DNA of 64,000 nucleotides from Paragordius varius (lineage: Eukaryota > Animalia > Nematomorpha), in assembly GCA_964247055.1 (NCBI GenBank), contig OZ176059.1, forward strand, positions 682,001-746,000. The letters are read 5' to 3'. The position numbers and the translations under genes are program-made. The notes beneath the pieces are model-generated. The model ran no database searches. It saw only the letters and a list, made by a program, of their open reading frames with translations, and was not told where the DNA came from. Below are positions 1 to 15,600 of this stretch, piece after piece; position 1 is the stretch's first letter; each line of letters begins with the position of its first letter.

Positions 1-341
1 TTAAGCTTAATTAAGGTGTAATGGCCATATATTTAATAAATAAAATAATATATTCGGACAAAGTTGAATAACATGCAATAAAAGTATTTAAATATTCCAA
101 ATATATGAAAATAAAATTACGTTTGCCGGGTATAAATCTTTTTACTATGGTCAAATTAATGTTATGTGCATCTATGTTAAATACACTTTATTTCATAAAC
201 GTCCTAACCATAATATATCAAATATATACGGTTTAATATTGAGTTTTTGAAAATATATATCTTTTATTGAAATTTGGGTTGCTTTAGTAACCTAGTTAAT
301 GGCGATGATAGAAATCTATACTATCTCTCATAAATGTTTAG

Positions 342-3300
342 TTTCTCACCCACGTGTGTTTTGGAGAAAGATGTGAATCAATTACATTGTTTGCAATGTC
401 CTCCGGGCTACAGCGGAAAACGGTGTGAACGCTGCGCACCTGGCTATGAAGGATATCCCACCAAACCTGGGGACTCGTGTAAACCAATAGGTAAGGAAAT
501 GACTGTAATACAGTAATAAAAATTGAAATTATACGAACAAAACGTAAAAATATAAAGACAAATATTTTTTGAAAAGACAACCATACTTTTTAAATATTAA
601 ATTTTTTTCAATATGAATTATTGTTTAAAATTGCAAAGCATGAAATTGATATGTATGTTGGTAAAATAATTAATTATACACTTTACAATTGTGATTATAT
701 TATATATATACGAAAAAATAAGGTTTAAGTATGGTTGTCTTTAAAAAAAATATTTGTTTAATTTTTTTACGTTTTGTCCGTATAATTTCAGTTTTTACCT
801 TAATATGTGTCTATATGTAAAACATTGAGACAAAAACGTATTTTTTTCGTTTTTAATATTTTTCAGATACTACAGCTTACCTGATAAAATCCAAAAATTA
901 AATGCCTCATTTAATTTAGACATATCGGAGTGTTTTTTATTAAATATGTATCTAATGGAAAATAGATGTTAGAATTTAATTAGTTCAGATAAGCGATTAT
1001 AATTACCATAGGGATTATTGATAGTAAAAAATTAAAATATTAGTATATTAAACCTTTAGATTTTTAATTTATAAAAAAATTAAGTTAATTAACGCTTTGT
1101 TGTTGATAGTTTTTAATGCAAAATCGGACAAGCGATTTTTTTTTCATTAAACTTTAAAATTTGGCCATTTTAATTAATGACAAGTTTTTTATTAAAGTTA
1201 AACCAATGTAGAATAATAAATTTTGAATTTTTTATCAATATATCCTACAACAATATATATTAGATGTTAAAAAAATTATATTATAATCAGAATAAAGGTG
1301 CTTATCGCTTTTGCAGCGATTACTTAATTTTAAAAATCTAATATGATATCTCACTAATTTTCATGACATATTGTACATATAGTATATTTATATAATTAGA
1401 CCTAATTCTAGGATTTATAAACTCAAAATAATTTACATATATAAAAATGGTATTTTTTAGCTAAATTAAAAATTCTGACATTACTTTTATGTATAACAAA
1501 AAAACGATTACTTATGTTTACTTTTTTAAAATATTAGCACCTCGAGTTTCGCCTTCAGTTATAAGTACCCTTAAGCCACTATACCAGGTAATGCAAACAC
1601 CAATTCCGTCTCGCATTCAACCAGCAATTTGTGATATTAATGGATCTCAAAGACCTTATCCGGATCCACGAACACGTTCTTGTACATGTAAAGTATGCTA
1701 CCTTTACTACAATATAAAAGTAAATGTTATAAACTTGGTGCAGACTAAAGAGTAAAAATATATTTTTTCGGTATTATAATGATTTAACTATTTTAGGGTT
1801 AATCATGCAATTAGTATATTTCATCCGTAAAAACGTATTGTTGCATCTTTTTCAATATTAAACTTAAGCATGGCAAAATAGTTAATCCATTTTAGTTTCT
1901 CAATTTATTCGTGCATTTAAATTTGAATTAACAACATTATGCAAGGTTAAGTTGATTCTTCTAATAATATAATCAATTCATTTCACACCACCTCATTCTT
2001 AATTAGTTCAAAAAATAATTTTATTCGAAACATCTGTATACTCTTATTATTTGGAATAATTGGACGCTTCTATATGTGATTATATATTATATCAAATAAT
2101 ACGTTATATCAATTAATATGTAGATTTTATATGGTAAAACCCTCGCGTTTTTTAATACTTTTAAACTGGCATTCACCTTTTATTAGAGCGAATAACTACA
2201 TAATAATTAAACCTTAGCGATTAGTTTTTATGATAATTGTTTACAGCCGCAAAGCATAAAAATACATGATTATCAAAATTGTCAAACGAGCATGAAATAT
2301 GATGATGCATATGGAATAATTAGTTTTTCGAAAATACATTCAATTAATGTGATATATTTGATTTTAAAGGTCTATATACCATTTTCACTTCAAGAGTGTC
2401 CTTAAACATATCAAGTTGGTCCTTGAAAACTTCAATTTCTTTGTTTGTTCCTTTTATCAATCAAACCGTATATCATTCATCTATTTTATCATTTTTAACT
2501 TCTTCTCTTGCTTTAACCAGACTTTTGAATCAATATTAATCACTCAGAAACCGTATATCTTTTTAAGTTCTTAAAAAATATTTTAATGATAATAAGATAT
2601 ATAAGGTTTCTGGGTTATTAATTACAATATTTAGCTAAAAACATTTTGTATAATATTGTTGAATTGGAAAAAAAGTGATTTTCAAATGAAAAATATTTTT
2701 AAGTCAATGAATATATAATAAATCAAGAAAATTAGGTTAAGAAAGGTTAATAAATTTAAGTAAAATTTTTGGTTAAATTCGGATTTGAAAAGTTTAAGAC
2801 CAACTTGAAACGTTCAAGGACCAATTTGAAGTGTTCAAGGACACTCTTGAAGTGCAAATGGTATACTATGTATATCACTGTGTCTCTTTCAAAATAGAAT
2901 CAAGCTACTGGACCGACTTGTGCCACCTGTAAACCTGGTAGTTTTTATTTATCAGCCGCAAATCCAAATGGATGTATTGCATGTTTTTGTTCAGGCCTAA
3001 CGCGAGATTGCCAAAGTTGTCGATTGTACCGTAAAAGGGTTAGTTATTATCTGTTAATATATCTGTGTAATTTTTACCCTTGTAAAATTTTAAGAGCAGT
3101 TAAATAACCTAAATAAGTGACTTATTTATTAATTTTTTTGTAATAGAAATTATTTACTTTTTGCCGTTCCATATAATGTCACGTTTTATTCCAATTATTA
3201 CCAAATTATTGAATTGGTAAAAAGAAATTACTACATTGTAAAACAAATACTATTAACAATAAAAAATAATAAATTTTTCTTTTACATTGGGTTTTAATTT

Positions 3301-6300
3301 TATCCCTTTTCAATCATTATATTGTGAATTGAGGCATTTTTTTACTGAAAAACACTAGCTAATATATCGATAAAATATTAATTGTTTAAGAAACAAATAC
3401 GGCTTCAATCCCAATCACATCATTTAAGTGAAACTGACATACCTCTCATTTTGACTCCACAATCATCTAAAAATGTTTTGATGTATGAAGAAAAATTATC
3501 TACTTTACCATTCCATCCAAATGTAGTCATAAAGAATGAACAGGGTGTTGGCCTACTGTTTGAATTTGATACATCAAAATTATCTAATATGCAGCACTCA
3601 TCACTACCAACTATATATGCCAAAATATCTCAAGAAGAGTTTTTGGGGAATAGGGTAAATAAATGTTTTATGACAACAATCCCATAACTTTTAAAATATA
3701 CAATGCAACATAGAAAATATTAAGAAAATTTTGAAGTTTCAAATCTTCCTAGATGTTCTTATATAAGCATAATTTTTTCATATTCATATAGTAAGAATCG
3801 AATATGGACGAAACATAAAAACTTATAGAGAGATTTTTTGTTTCGATAGTCATTTACTCTTTTACTTTAATTTTTCTTATCGCCTTCATAAAATGTTTGA
3901 TTACATTATACATAATATTAGTTGCAATATACTTTTTACATTTGCAAACAAAACAGATGAGTTTATCTAAATCTAAAAGATCAATTTTAAAAAAAGTGCA
4001 GCCGTCTTTCAAAAATTCTTCTACTATTTTACGTTTTGTCTGTAATATTAATTTTTACTATCTATATATATATATATATATTATATATATATATAATATA
4101 TATATAATGATAAATTATAAGAATTGTTATAATTATTATAGATTACTTCTTATGGCGGAGAATTTTCTTATGATTTGACATACAATGGTGGGGGGAGGTT
4201 AAGTCCAGATCCCGAAATAATAATTGCGGTAATTTATATCCGAAATATACAAAAACTTTGTTTTTTTATTGTTTTCAAAATTCTTAAACTTTGATCCCTT
4301 TTATTAATTCAATCATTATAATTTATATAAATTGTTTAGCACAGGGGTGTCAACACAAATGGCTTTGCGTGCCGCACCTTCGGATCAAAAATCTGAAGGG
4401 CAGCATTCGCAAAAATAGTTGGCATTAACAAATATGTTATTAAATTTTTTTAATGTAAAAACTACTTTTTTTTATCACTTTTTTTAGTTCATTGCCGAAA
4501 TTAGGAAACTTTTATTCAGAAAATTTGTTTAAGACAATCAATATAACTTAGATTTTATATTTAAATTTTTCGCAGGCGACAAAAATAATTTAGACGACCG
4601 CTTGCCAACTGCACTCGTGTTTGACATCCCTCGTTTAGCACAAAACACAATATATTCTTACGGCTTATTTACTTTTTACGGCTATTTACCGATTCTGTAA
4701 AAAAAACAACGGAATCGGACCTAGAACCAACATTTGTTTAAACCGGAACCAATAACGATTAAAGTTTACATCCTTATAAATGTATAAAAATTACTACATA
4801 AATATATATGCAGGGCAATGGATTGCAATTAAATTTGATACCGACCACTGCGCCAATACCAATAGGGAGAAATGTTCAACGTACAATCAAATTTTATGAG
4901 GTAAAATTTCTTTGTCATTACAATTTCTTACTTTATCATTCATCAAATTTAATTATAAAATCAAGTTTTACATTTTTATATCTATCACGAAATCAATAAC
5001 ACAGCAACCCTTTTAAAATATTAATCGAATTACCATACAAATGACATTAAAATAGACAAATCTTTACAAAATTCATATATTGATCATTTTATCCATTATT
5101 ACGAAATCTTTTGATATTTTTTATTTTATATGCAGAATTATTGGAAAAAACCGGACCATAGTCAAGCTACTAGAGAGGATCTCATGACTGTTTTGTCTAA
5201 TATAGAAGTTGTCCTTATCCGAATCACACATTATAATCACACTCAAAGCGTTAGGTAGGTTATTTATAAAATTTACGATATAAAATGATTTTTATCAACG
5301 AATACACTATATGTTAATTGAATTATAAAAAACTTTAGAATATCAAACTTTATCTTGGATACAACAAGTGATACACCATCCTCCTCGCATAATGCTCGTA
5401 ATTTAGCTTTGACTGTAGAAGAATGCCGATGTCCAAACGGTTATACAGGGTTATCTTGTGAGGTATAAAAAATTATATTTTTTCTTAATAATAATAATAT
5501 TACAAATATGTTTTTTAGTTACATTGCATTTTTAGTTAATATTTTAATTTTATTTTTACGTTTAACAAAGATTTGTATTAATTGAAAATTCACTTTATTT
5601 ATTCAATTATAGCTGAATTATGATAATATTATTTCATACCATTTACAGTTCAAATTCACCATTTAACAACTCAAATTTACCATTAAACAATTTAAATTCC
5701 TCGAACAATTCAAATTCACCCTAAAATAAATTATGTTTTTTAAGATTAAAAATTACCTATATTTTTGTTATATTTTTAAAAATTAAAATTTCGTTTAAAA
5801 TTGATATAATCCTGAAAAAGGAATAAACTATGCCATAAGAATATATTTCTTATTTATGATGAGTTACATTAGCCCAAAAACTAATTTATTTTTAGGGTGA
5901 ATTTGAATTGTTTAAGGGTGAATTTAAATTGTTCGAGGATAAATTTGAATTGTAAATTGATTGATAAATTTTAAAATTAATGCACCTTTTGACAAAAAAG
6001 TATGCGTAAAAATAATTAATTAACGCATTTGCTTATAAATAATAAAATTTAATTTATAGCAATGTGCCAATGGATACACCAGACAAACTCCATACAAAAA
6101 AGGTCAACCATATAGGCCACATTGTAAGGCTTGTTCTTGTAATCGAAGATCTCAATCTTGCCATCCAGAAACTGGACTATGCACGGTATATGAAAAGGGT
6201 CAAAAAAATATTAGCGGATAAAAACCGAATTTTAAATTAAATAAATTTTTTTCCACGATTTATAAATCATCCATCAATCTTTTCATACATATACAGAACT

Positions 6301-6649
6301 GTGTTAATTCTACCGGTGCTAATTGTGAAACTTGTAAACCCGGATTCTATGGACAGAGAGATAGCTTGTGTTATCCATGTCCTTGTCCCTCTTTTCATGG
6401 GTAATATATTACTTACTTATAATAAACTAATTAAAAGTTAATCACATGTAGCAAAATTAAAGAAGGGAGTTTTTTTAGTTAATCATCAAGGGTTAATTCA
6501 ATCCATTTCATAAAAAGGGAAAGAATGTGGGCGGTTATAACTAATCTCGATTTTTGGTTTTAAGATTTGTGTGCTAAAAAATATTTTAACCAGTTAAAAT
6601 TGAAATACTCCAAATTACATATCAATTTTAGCGAAATCTCTAATCCTAA

Positions 6650-6697
<48 letters not shown>

Positions 6698-9600
6698 TAT
6701 ATAATGCGAAACATGTTTATAATTTTATCAAGCTTTTTTTAAGTGCCTGTATTTTTATAAGTAAACGATAAAACTTAGAATTTTATTATGTTTTACGCAC
6801 TGATCAAATTTTTTCCTAAGCGTTTTATTATGCAGCATACACACAAACGCGAGTAAGTTTAGATTGGTAGTATAATTCATTATGTTTGACCGATAGCATG
6901 CCAAGGGCATTATTTATGAATAAGAGTAATTGCTCTTATTGTTAGTTAATAAGGCTCTTTGCTACATTCTGGAACTAAAATAAAGGAGGCTGTATATTTA
7001 GAAACATGTAAAACACTTCATAAATGTTAAATAATATTTGTTTAACCTAATCTGATATCGCCTAAGAGTCATTATTAAGAGTTGGTATTTTTAAAACTTT
7101 ATATATATATAATTTACAATTCTACCCAAAATAACACAATAGTATTTATCAAAACATATTAGTGTCCAGTGTGTAAATAATATCTTTTTTCAGTTAAAAG
7201 CAACACATTTTCTTCAAACACCTGATTTCCATTTAAACGGAACTAAAAATGTTGCGTTTGCTTGAAAAATATTGCTTTTAAATGACAAAGTGTTTTTTCT
7301 GACTAAAAAATGGTATACAAGTATACTGATTATACTGATATTGTTATTTTTAGGTCCAAAAAACTTAAAAAACAAATATATATATATATATATATATATG
7401 CAGTCATGTATCCTTTATTTTATCGAAAATTTATTTTTTTTCCCGTTAAATGGGTATAAATATTTTGTAAAGAATGGTAAAGACACGAGCTCTATGGATT
7501 CTTATACTTTTTTGATGAATATGAAATGGTTAAGACCCTAAGCTCTTGTTTTTTTCCATTCTTTACCAAATATTTATACCCATTTAAGGAAAAAAAATAA
7601 ATTTTTGATAAAATAAAGGATACTTGACTGTATATATATTAAAAATATTATCGTACAATGTTTATAGGCAAGTACCAAGCTGTCACATAGATTATCGCGA
7701 TCGACAAATCACTTGCGACAAATGTCCAGTCGGCAACACTGGGCGTAGATGCGAAAGGTCATTACAGTTTTCTAATTACTTTATAAATTTTTAATGCTCA
7801 ATGTTTTAAATAATTTGTCATTTAATTAGCACATTCTTAGGGAAAAAAATTCTGAAAAATATATAAAAATAAAACCATGGAATTGTAAAATGTTGGTATA
7901 TTTTTATATAATTTTTCGCAACGTGTACAGATATTTAAATGAATCCCGAGTCTTTTATCCAAATATATATCAAAGTTCTTATCATCACAGGATTAGGAAA
8001 AGATATTCCACTTTCAAGTTGTTAAATGTTTTATATATTAACTGTTTGTTTGTCCGTAAAATGTTTATTGTATGTTGCTAAGTGCCTGGTGTTTATTTAA
8101 GAGTATTATAAATTATCTATGAATGCTGTAATGGGATAGGTTATATGTATAATTCCTGCTACAAGTTTTTAACCGTATTTTCAATGTGTTCCTTTTTATT
8201 ACCATTAGCATCTCAAATTCACCCCCAAACAATTTAAATTCACCCCCAAACAATTTAAATTCACCTTACATGTTTTTAAATATTAAAAATTACCCATTAT
8301 TTTGATATTTTGTCGTCTAAAATTATAATATGAAAAAATAAAAAATGCCGTAAAGAAATATGGCACATAAATGATGTGTTATATTAGCCCCAATAAACAA
8401 AATTTATTTTTAGGGTGAATTTGAGTTGTTCAAGTGTGTCAATTTTAAATGTTATATATAAAATATATATTAAAATAAAATAATATCAAGTTTTTTTATA
8501 GATGTCATCCACCATATATATCTCATCCATTGGATCGAACGAAATGTTTTTTACCCGAACCTTCTGTTTCCCAAAGGGGTATATAATAATTTATAGCACA
8601 AAATAATTTTTACCTATAAACATGCGTAATTAATCAACCACCTATACGCTTTTTTATTAAAAGTTAATCCATAAAGAAAACTATAAAGTTTTTTAATGAT
8701 ACAAAAAACGACAATACAAATCATAAGGTAAAATTATTTGTTTTCCTCACTGTATGATTTAAATAAATATATTTTTTTTTTGATAATGGCGCTTAATCAT
8801 CAAAATATTTGATTTTATTGTAGCAGATCAATTCATTAGGGTCAACCTTATTCTATAAAATTTTAATTAATAAAAAAGCAATAATTAGTAAAGATTTGAG
8901 TGTACATTCATTTATATTTACCTTTTTTAGCACAAAATGCGCCGCCACCCCATCCACCCTCACCGCTGTCAAGGCCATCTCGGGCCCGTATCATTGTGAA
9001 TGAACCAAGACAGTTACATGTCAAACAGGGTGATACAGCTACATTCGTTTGTAACATAATAGATGATGTATGCTCTTAAAAACAATATATTCGATTATTT
9101 AAAAAAAATATGTTCTTGGTTAAATTTAACGCAACCCCCTTATAAATTTTAGATAATATATATATATAAATTAAAAAAGGGTGTAATTTTAAGCTTTATA
9201 TAAAATTTGATTATATATTATATTTATTTAATTTATTTTATAGGAACCGAACCAGAGAAATACGGTATTTTTTTTACTCTTCATTTCATTATTGATACCA
9301 TCGTAATTTATTTTTTATTTGGTTTAATTGGAATACGTTATAAATGCAACTTTTATCTTTGATTAATACCTTTAACCTCTCCATTCTTACTATAAATAAT
9401 AATTGCCCATTAATATACATTTGGGAAATTCAAATGAATTTTAAACTTTAATATACAATTTACAGTAAAAATTGAAATTATACGGACAAAACGTAAAAAT
9501 ATAAGGACGAATATTTTTTTCCAAAAACAACCATCCCTACTTTTTAACCATTATTTCTTCTTGTATAATCTTTTTAATTACAATTGTAGTATATAAAATT

Positions 9601-12600
9601 ATTTGTGTTATTAATATATATTTCTTTATCATCATTTGCCATTTTGAACAATGAGTTATATACATGTATATATATATATATAAGAAAATTGAAATTTAAC
9701 AATTATCATTGTCTTTTGTAGAAAAAAATATTTGTCTTTATATTTTTTTACGTTTTGTCCGTATAGTTTCTTCAATTTTTACGGTATTTTTACTGATTTT
9801 AGCAAACACCATTCCAACTAACCTGGTTCAAATTAAACCCTAGAGATGGAACTGGGTATACATCTCTACCAGCGCATAGATCTGAAGACCGTATCGGTGT
9901 ACTAAAGATAAGGGATGTTCAACCCTCAGATACGGGTCTGTATGCTTGTCAAGCGACTGATGGACGTCAAAGGCTAGAAGCACATGCTAAACTTGAAGTT
10001 AATCGAGGTATAAATATAACGAAAAAATGTAGATTTATGCGGTTAAAATAAAATTATAAAGACAAAATATAAAAATAAGGGACATATAAGCCAATTTTAA
10101 AGAGAACTGGTATTCAAAATTATGTACAGTAACACGGAAAATAGATTTATTTATACACGGTAAAAATTTATTTATATAAAGAACAATGGATATATAAAAG
10201 AAGGAATTTTACAATTTTTTTTTAAAATAGAACCATATTTTCAAAACTTTCATTTTCCATAGTATTGCACCTTTTGTTTTGGATTTAGTATATAGACAAT
10301 TAAATTGGTAATTAATCTATTTTATATTTTTCAAACGTAATCTCATGGGTTATGTAAAAAAAATCAAGGATCAAAAATTTTTAGTTTATATGTTGTCTTC
10401 CTAATTTTAATTGTCACTCTATTATCCAAATTTAATTATTTTTTTTATAATTATTCTAGACATCGTTAAATTTATGAATATAAAATACGTATTAAATTTA
10501 TTAGGATATTCAACTACAATGAGCACTATAAGTAGTGGTGGTGGTGGTGGTGGTGTACCTAAAATCCATATTTTTCCAACGCTAATTAATGCCAAACAGG
10601 GGGAAACTGTTTCATTCGATTGCAAATATGGTCATTCATCTGCAACATCATCTCCGAGCAATACACGTATCCAGTGGTATAAACACAATGGGGCATTACC
10701 ACCCCGAAATTCTGTAATATATTTATTTAGATTGCAATAATAGATTATCCCGTTTATTTTTGAATAAGAGAATTTTAATAATGTTTTATAATGTTTTTTT
10801 TGCTAAATAAACAGATTCAAAACTCCAAGTTAACATTGGAGGCCTTAACACCATCCGATTCAGGACTGTATGTTTGTGAAGTTTATAGCCCATATGGTCA
10901 TTATAGAGCCACGGCCCGTTTATTGGTTGATTTTAATAGAGGTAGTTGGTTAATTTATATGACATTTTTTTTATAAAATTAAGAAGTTATTGTTGTATTA
11001 CAAAACTAAAATGTATCCATATATATATATACACAAAAACATGATTATGCAAATAGTGGCACATTTTCAACCATTATTATACACTGTCTTAATTAAGATT
11101 ATCCATTATTCCTGACAATATTTGAAGTGGATATTACTGAGAAAATAAATTAGAATGAATTATTAACCTTCCTGTAGATATATCTCATTTTTTAAGGATT
11201 AATATCTATCCCCACCGCCAGCGCTTGCTTATTTCATAATACTACCATAAAAAAATTATATTACATAAACTGAATTATATTAAATTAAATAATATTAAGT
11301 ATTTTAAATTTCGTATTTTAAATCCTTTTTACGTGTACTACTTTGTGTTTTTGCCTTAAAAAGAACACAGTCCAAGGATACATGCCGGTTCACCCGATAA
11401 CACTTGGATTCGATCCCGTGATCAACATCACCTAAGACCAATGGTCGTAAGGCATACTACACCCCTACTTTACTCATCTACATCCCCTTCATTGTATCCA
11501 AGGTTTATATCACCTTACCTACAAACTATAACTATGCCACACCGTATTCTTAACAACGAATATAGTAATAATAATAATAGACAACAACAAAGTGGTAATG
11601 AGAACAATGGTCAAGAATATTTATACAGTTTGCAACCTAAGATAACTACTTTGACGGAATTGATTGATACCATAAGCACTAGCACGACACCCTATGGACA
11701 AATGTTGAAAAATGAACAAATGTACGTTTATCATTCATTAAAATAGTTTTACTACTGCCTTTATCATTTAAACTCCTATGAGATCAGCTATTAATGTTTT
11801 AAAAATCAATTTAAACTATAAAATTGTTGCCTGGAATTACACAATTAAGATTTAGAATTTGTTTTGGTATTTTTACCCTTTTTCTGTTTTTTATTCTTAA
11901 CTTATATTAATTTTCCATTAACAGTGAAAGAACAGAAATGGTAAATATTGGTAAAACGATATACATCCTATTACATTTTTCAGAAACTCAAAATTAAATT
12001 GAAAGCTCTAAGGTTAAACCGCAAGTTTAAAGATGAATTTAAAATTGTTTAAATTTTTAAGGCTGAATCGGGATGAAGGGCCAGATTTAAATTTTCGAGT
12101 GTGTGGATAACAAATATTAGTAAATGAAAGGTCTATGTTGCTATACCTACTACTACTATTATTTAGGCATCCATTGGAGAATAAAGACGTATCTCTAACT
12201 TTATTAGCGCCGAGCCATAGAGTTATCACAACAATCTCTAACGATATAATTGGTGGTGAATATCATGACAAAGAAGCGCTAATTTTAACCAATCGTAATG
12301 AGAATGAAACAAATTTTTTTACAACACCTTTAACACCCATCCAATCTGTTACATATACACCTATGGTTCAAATTAACCCACAAGATTTAATGCTAACCCC
12401 AGGATCCACTGCCCTCCTAAACTGCCAAGTCAGAGGCAATCCAATCCCAGTTATGCAGTGGATTAGGGCAGATGGAAGTCCGATTCGATCTTCACACCAG
12501 GTTTTTTTTCAAACGAATTGCTATGAAATGTTTTGTAGAATTTAACAATTATTTTTAATCGCATATATACCATTTACAATTCAAGTTTACCCTCAAATAA

Positions 12601-15600
12601 CTTATATGCTTTTTAAGATTAAAAATACCTATATTTTTGTATATTTTCAATAAATGAAATTTGGTTTAAAATTAAAATAATGCTGAAATTTTATATTAAT
12701 AATTAATTATATTACTTTGAAAACACATAATTTATTTTAAGGTGAATATTAATTGTTCAAGGTTAAATTTGAACTGTAAATGGTAATATATCATATTATT
12801 GCAATTGAAAATTATGGAATCTATAAAATTTAAAATGTGAACTGCAAATATTTTGTCCATAAGAAAAACCATATTATTTAAGTTTAATTTTATTTAATGT
12901 TTTGCTATAGTTTCGGGTTGCGAAATTGATAGAATAGAAATTTTTTTAATTTTATAACACACAATCGTAATCATATAAAAGGTTATACAAAATAACACTA
13001 GTCGACAAATTTAGACATTTTTAAGCACCACCACTCAAACTTTTTAAATTATGACTAAACTTAGTGTTTTAAAACCGAATTTGAAAAAAATTTTGATCCC
13101 GCCAATCAGAATTTTGAAATTTTATAGGTTTTTCAATTTTTCAAAAACAAGAGAAAATCGAGATAAAATTAAATATAACTTTATAATAAAATGTTATTAT
13201 ATTATAAACTTAATATCATTAAATAAAGCGTTTTAAACTCTATCTTTTGAATATAAATATGTCATTTAAATATCAGAGAGAAAAAAATATACGGACTTAA
13301 ACGTCAAAATTTAGTCTTTTTTTTTCAAGTAAATTTTTATCACATATAAAATTTTTTTAAAAAAATACTAAAAAAGGCATTCTATGGTTTAAACCTTCGG
13401 CTTTCAGAAAGGCTATATTTTTTTGTTACATTTCGTTCTTTCGAGTACTTATTAGACTTTTTCTCTTGAGTTGGTTCTTATAAAAAATCCTTAATTTATA
13501 CCTAGTGAATATACCTTATTTTCTTAAAATTATTGGTTGTTTTGTATTTTGAATTTCAGATGGATGTTGTGTAGCCACTTTTAGTAGAATTTACTGTTAT
13601 GGGGTTGGACCATTTGTATTTACCTAATTTATATTCAATTTAATTGTAGAATTTATCTAAGAATTGGTTAATTTGACATGTCAATTTGCATGAATTTTGC
13701 TTGAAAGTCTCTATTATCAGGCTTTACGATAACTTATAGTTATCTTTGCCATATCTGGCATAATTATAGGATCGCTTGGGGGATATGGAGAGCTTGTGCA
13801 GCCGCCCATATCTATCACACTATACATAAGCCCCTTTAAGATTTTTAATACTTTGGCTCTTAGCTTGTTTAGTATCTTATTTAATGCCTAGAATTTTGTT
13901 ATTCATGCATGGAATATTACTTGTATCGACTTGTTCGTTTGAATATTTAAACATATGTACACGAAGAATGATTGTTATTTTTAAATTAAATACAAATTTA
14001 AAAATTAAATTTCGGGAAAATCCTATTGGTGGCCTCACTTTTCTTTTTTGTTTTGGCCTTTCTATGCCATTAGGTATCAGAAAATGCAAAAATAATGGGG
14101 TGGTGCAAAACCTTGTTGAGCAGTGTAATAAATGATAATAAATATCTATATCGTTTAAAAAATTTATTTTACAGTATATTATTAAATGATAATTAAAAAT
14201 ATGTTATTATGATATAGGTATATATGTTTAAAAACAAAAATTTAACTTATTTTTCTAACTCTAGCAATATGAAACATATTTGAGAATAGTGGATGCCCAA
14301 GAAGAAGATTCTGGCGTATATCTGTGTAGAGCTTCCAATTACCTTGGTTCTGCACAAGCCAAAGCCACACTCAAAATTAAAAGTATGAATAGCATTAAAA
14401 CTAATATATTTTAGATGTGAATTTTAGCAATGAGTTTTTTAAATAAGGTTAAAAATAAAAACTTGTCTACAAGCAAAATGAAAAATATGGTACTTTACAT
14501 TTCTCACGGTAACCATTGCACATTAATATGGATGAATGTGGATAATTTAACAAAAAAATGACTGAACTGGCACACATTGATAAATAAAATAATAACCATT
14601 GTATTAACCTTTTCCGTAAAAATTCTTTAGATAGATAGATAGATAGATAACTGTTGCCGAGGGGCCGTCGTGACGGTGTTTATGTATTTAATCATTGCAT
14701 TAAAGGATTTTTTGTTTAACCAGTCCTCTGTAGGTCTTGGGTAATATTTTTGTCCCATGTTATTGCTGGATGACCAACTCTGTTTTATTTGTTTGGCTAA
14801 AAGTTTGTTATTATTTTTATCCAATTATTGTTACCTAATCTTTGAATGTGACAGTAGTAGCTGAATCTACGGATTTGGATATATTTTGAGATTGGTAGGA
14901 TTTGTTTATCATAAGTTGTTTGCTTAAATGTATTTATCATTCTTTGTTCCATATTATCCAGCATATTTTCCTGTGTTTAACTTATTTGCCATGTTTCGCA
15001 AAGAACAATTTTACATTGCTATACATTTTTGATTGATTAAACCATTATCCTATGTTGTATATAGAAGAGAATCCACCAGCTCTGTCCATACATCCTTCCA
15101 ATATCCAAACTATTAAAGTCGGACAACAAGCCCAATTCGATTGCCGTATGAAACAGGATTCCTTACCACAATCTGATAGTCATATTGTGTGGAAACGTGT
15201 GGGGAAAGCTATTAATCCTTTGACAACACAGGTATGAAAAAATGTGTACGAATATTTTCAAACCATATTTTACAGTAAAAACTGAAATTTAACGGACAAA
15301 ACGTAAAAATATAAAGACAAATATTTTTTTTCAAAGCCACCATACTTTTCAAACCTTGTTTTATCCTATAATAATCATATAACAATTGTAAAATAATGGA
15401 TTGTGTTACCAATATGCATCTCAATTTCATACTTAAAAATTTTATACATTAATTTATTTTTTAAAAATTAACATTAAAAAAGTATGGCTGTCTTTGAAAA
15501 AAATATTTGCCTTTATAATTTTACGTTTTTCCGTATAACATTTTATTTTACAGCAATAATTTTAAAATGATTAAATTGAAAATTTATTTTTATTTAAAGG

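Larger units (their letters stand above)
342..8578 (+). other. Perlecan domain III part: laminin-EGF repeats flanking one laminin IV type A (laminin B) domain
   Basis: Cys-patterned LE exons (e.g. NQATGPTCATCKPGSFYLSAANPNGCIACFCSG; NCVNSTGANCETCKPGFYG) around the L4 exons at 3391-5462. Confidence 0.9.

Noticed and set aside
867-900. Exon-like tttcag|ATACTACAG in the first perlecan intron
   Set aside because: It reaches a stop without a donor, and 490 splices in phase directly to 1538.
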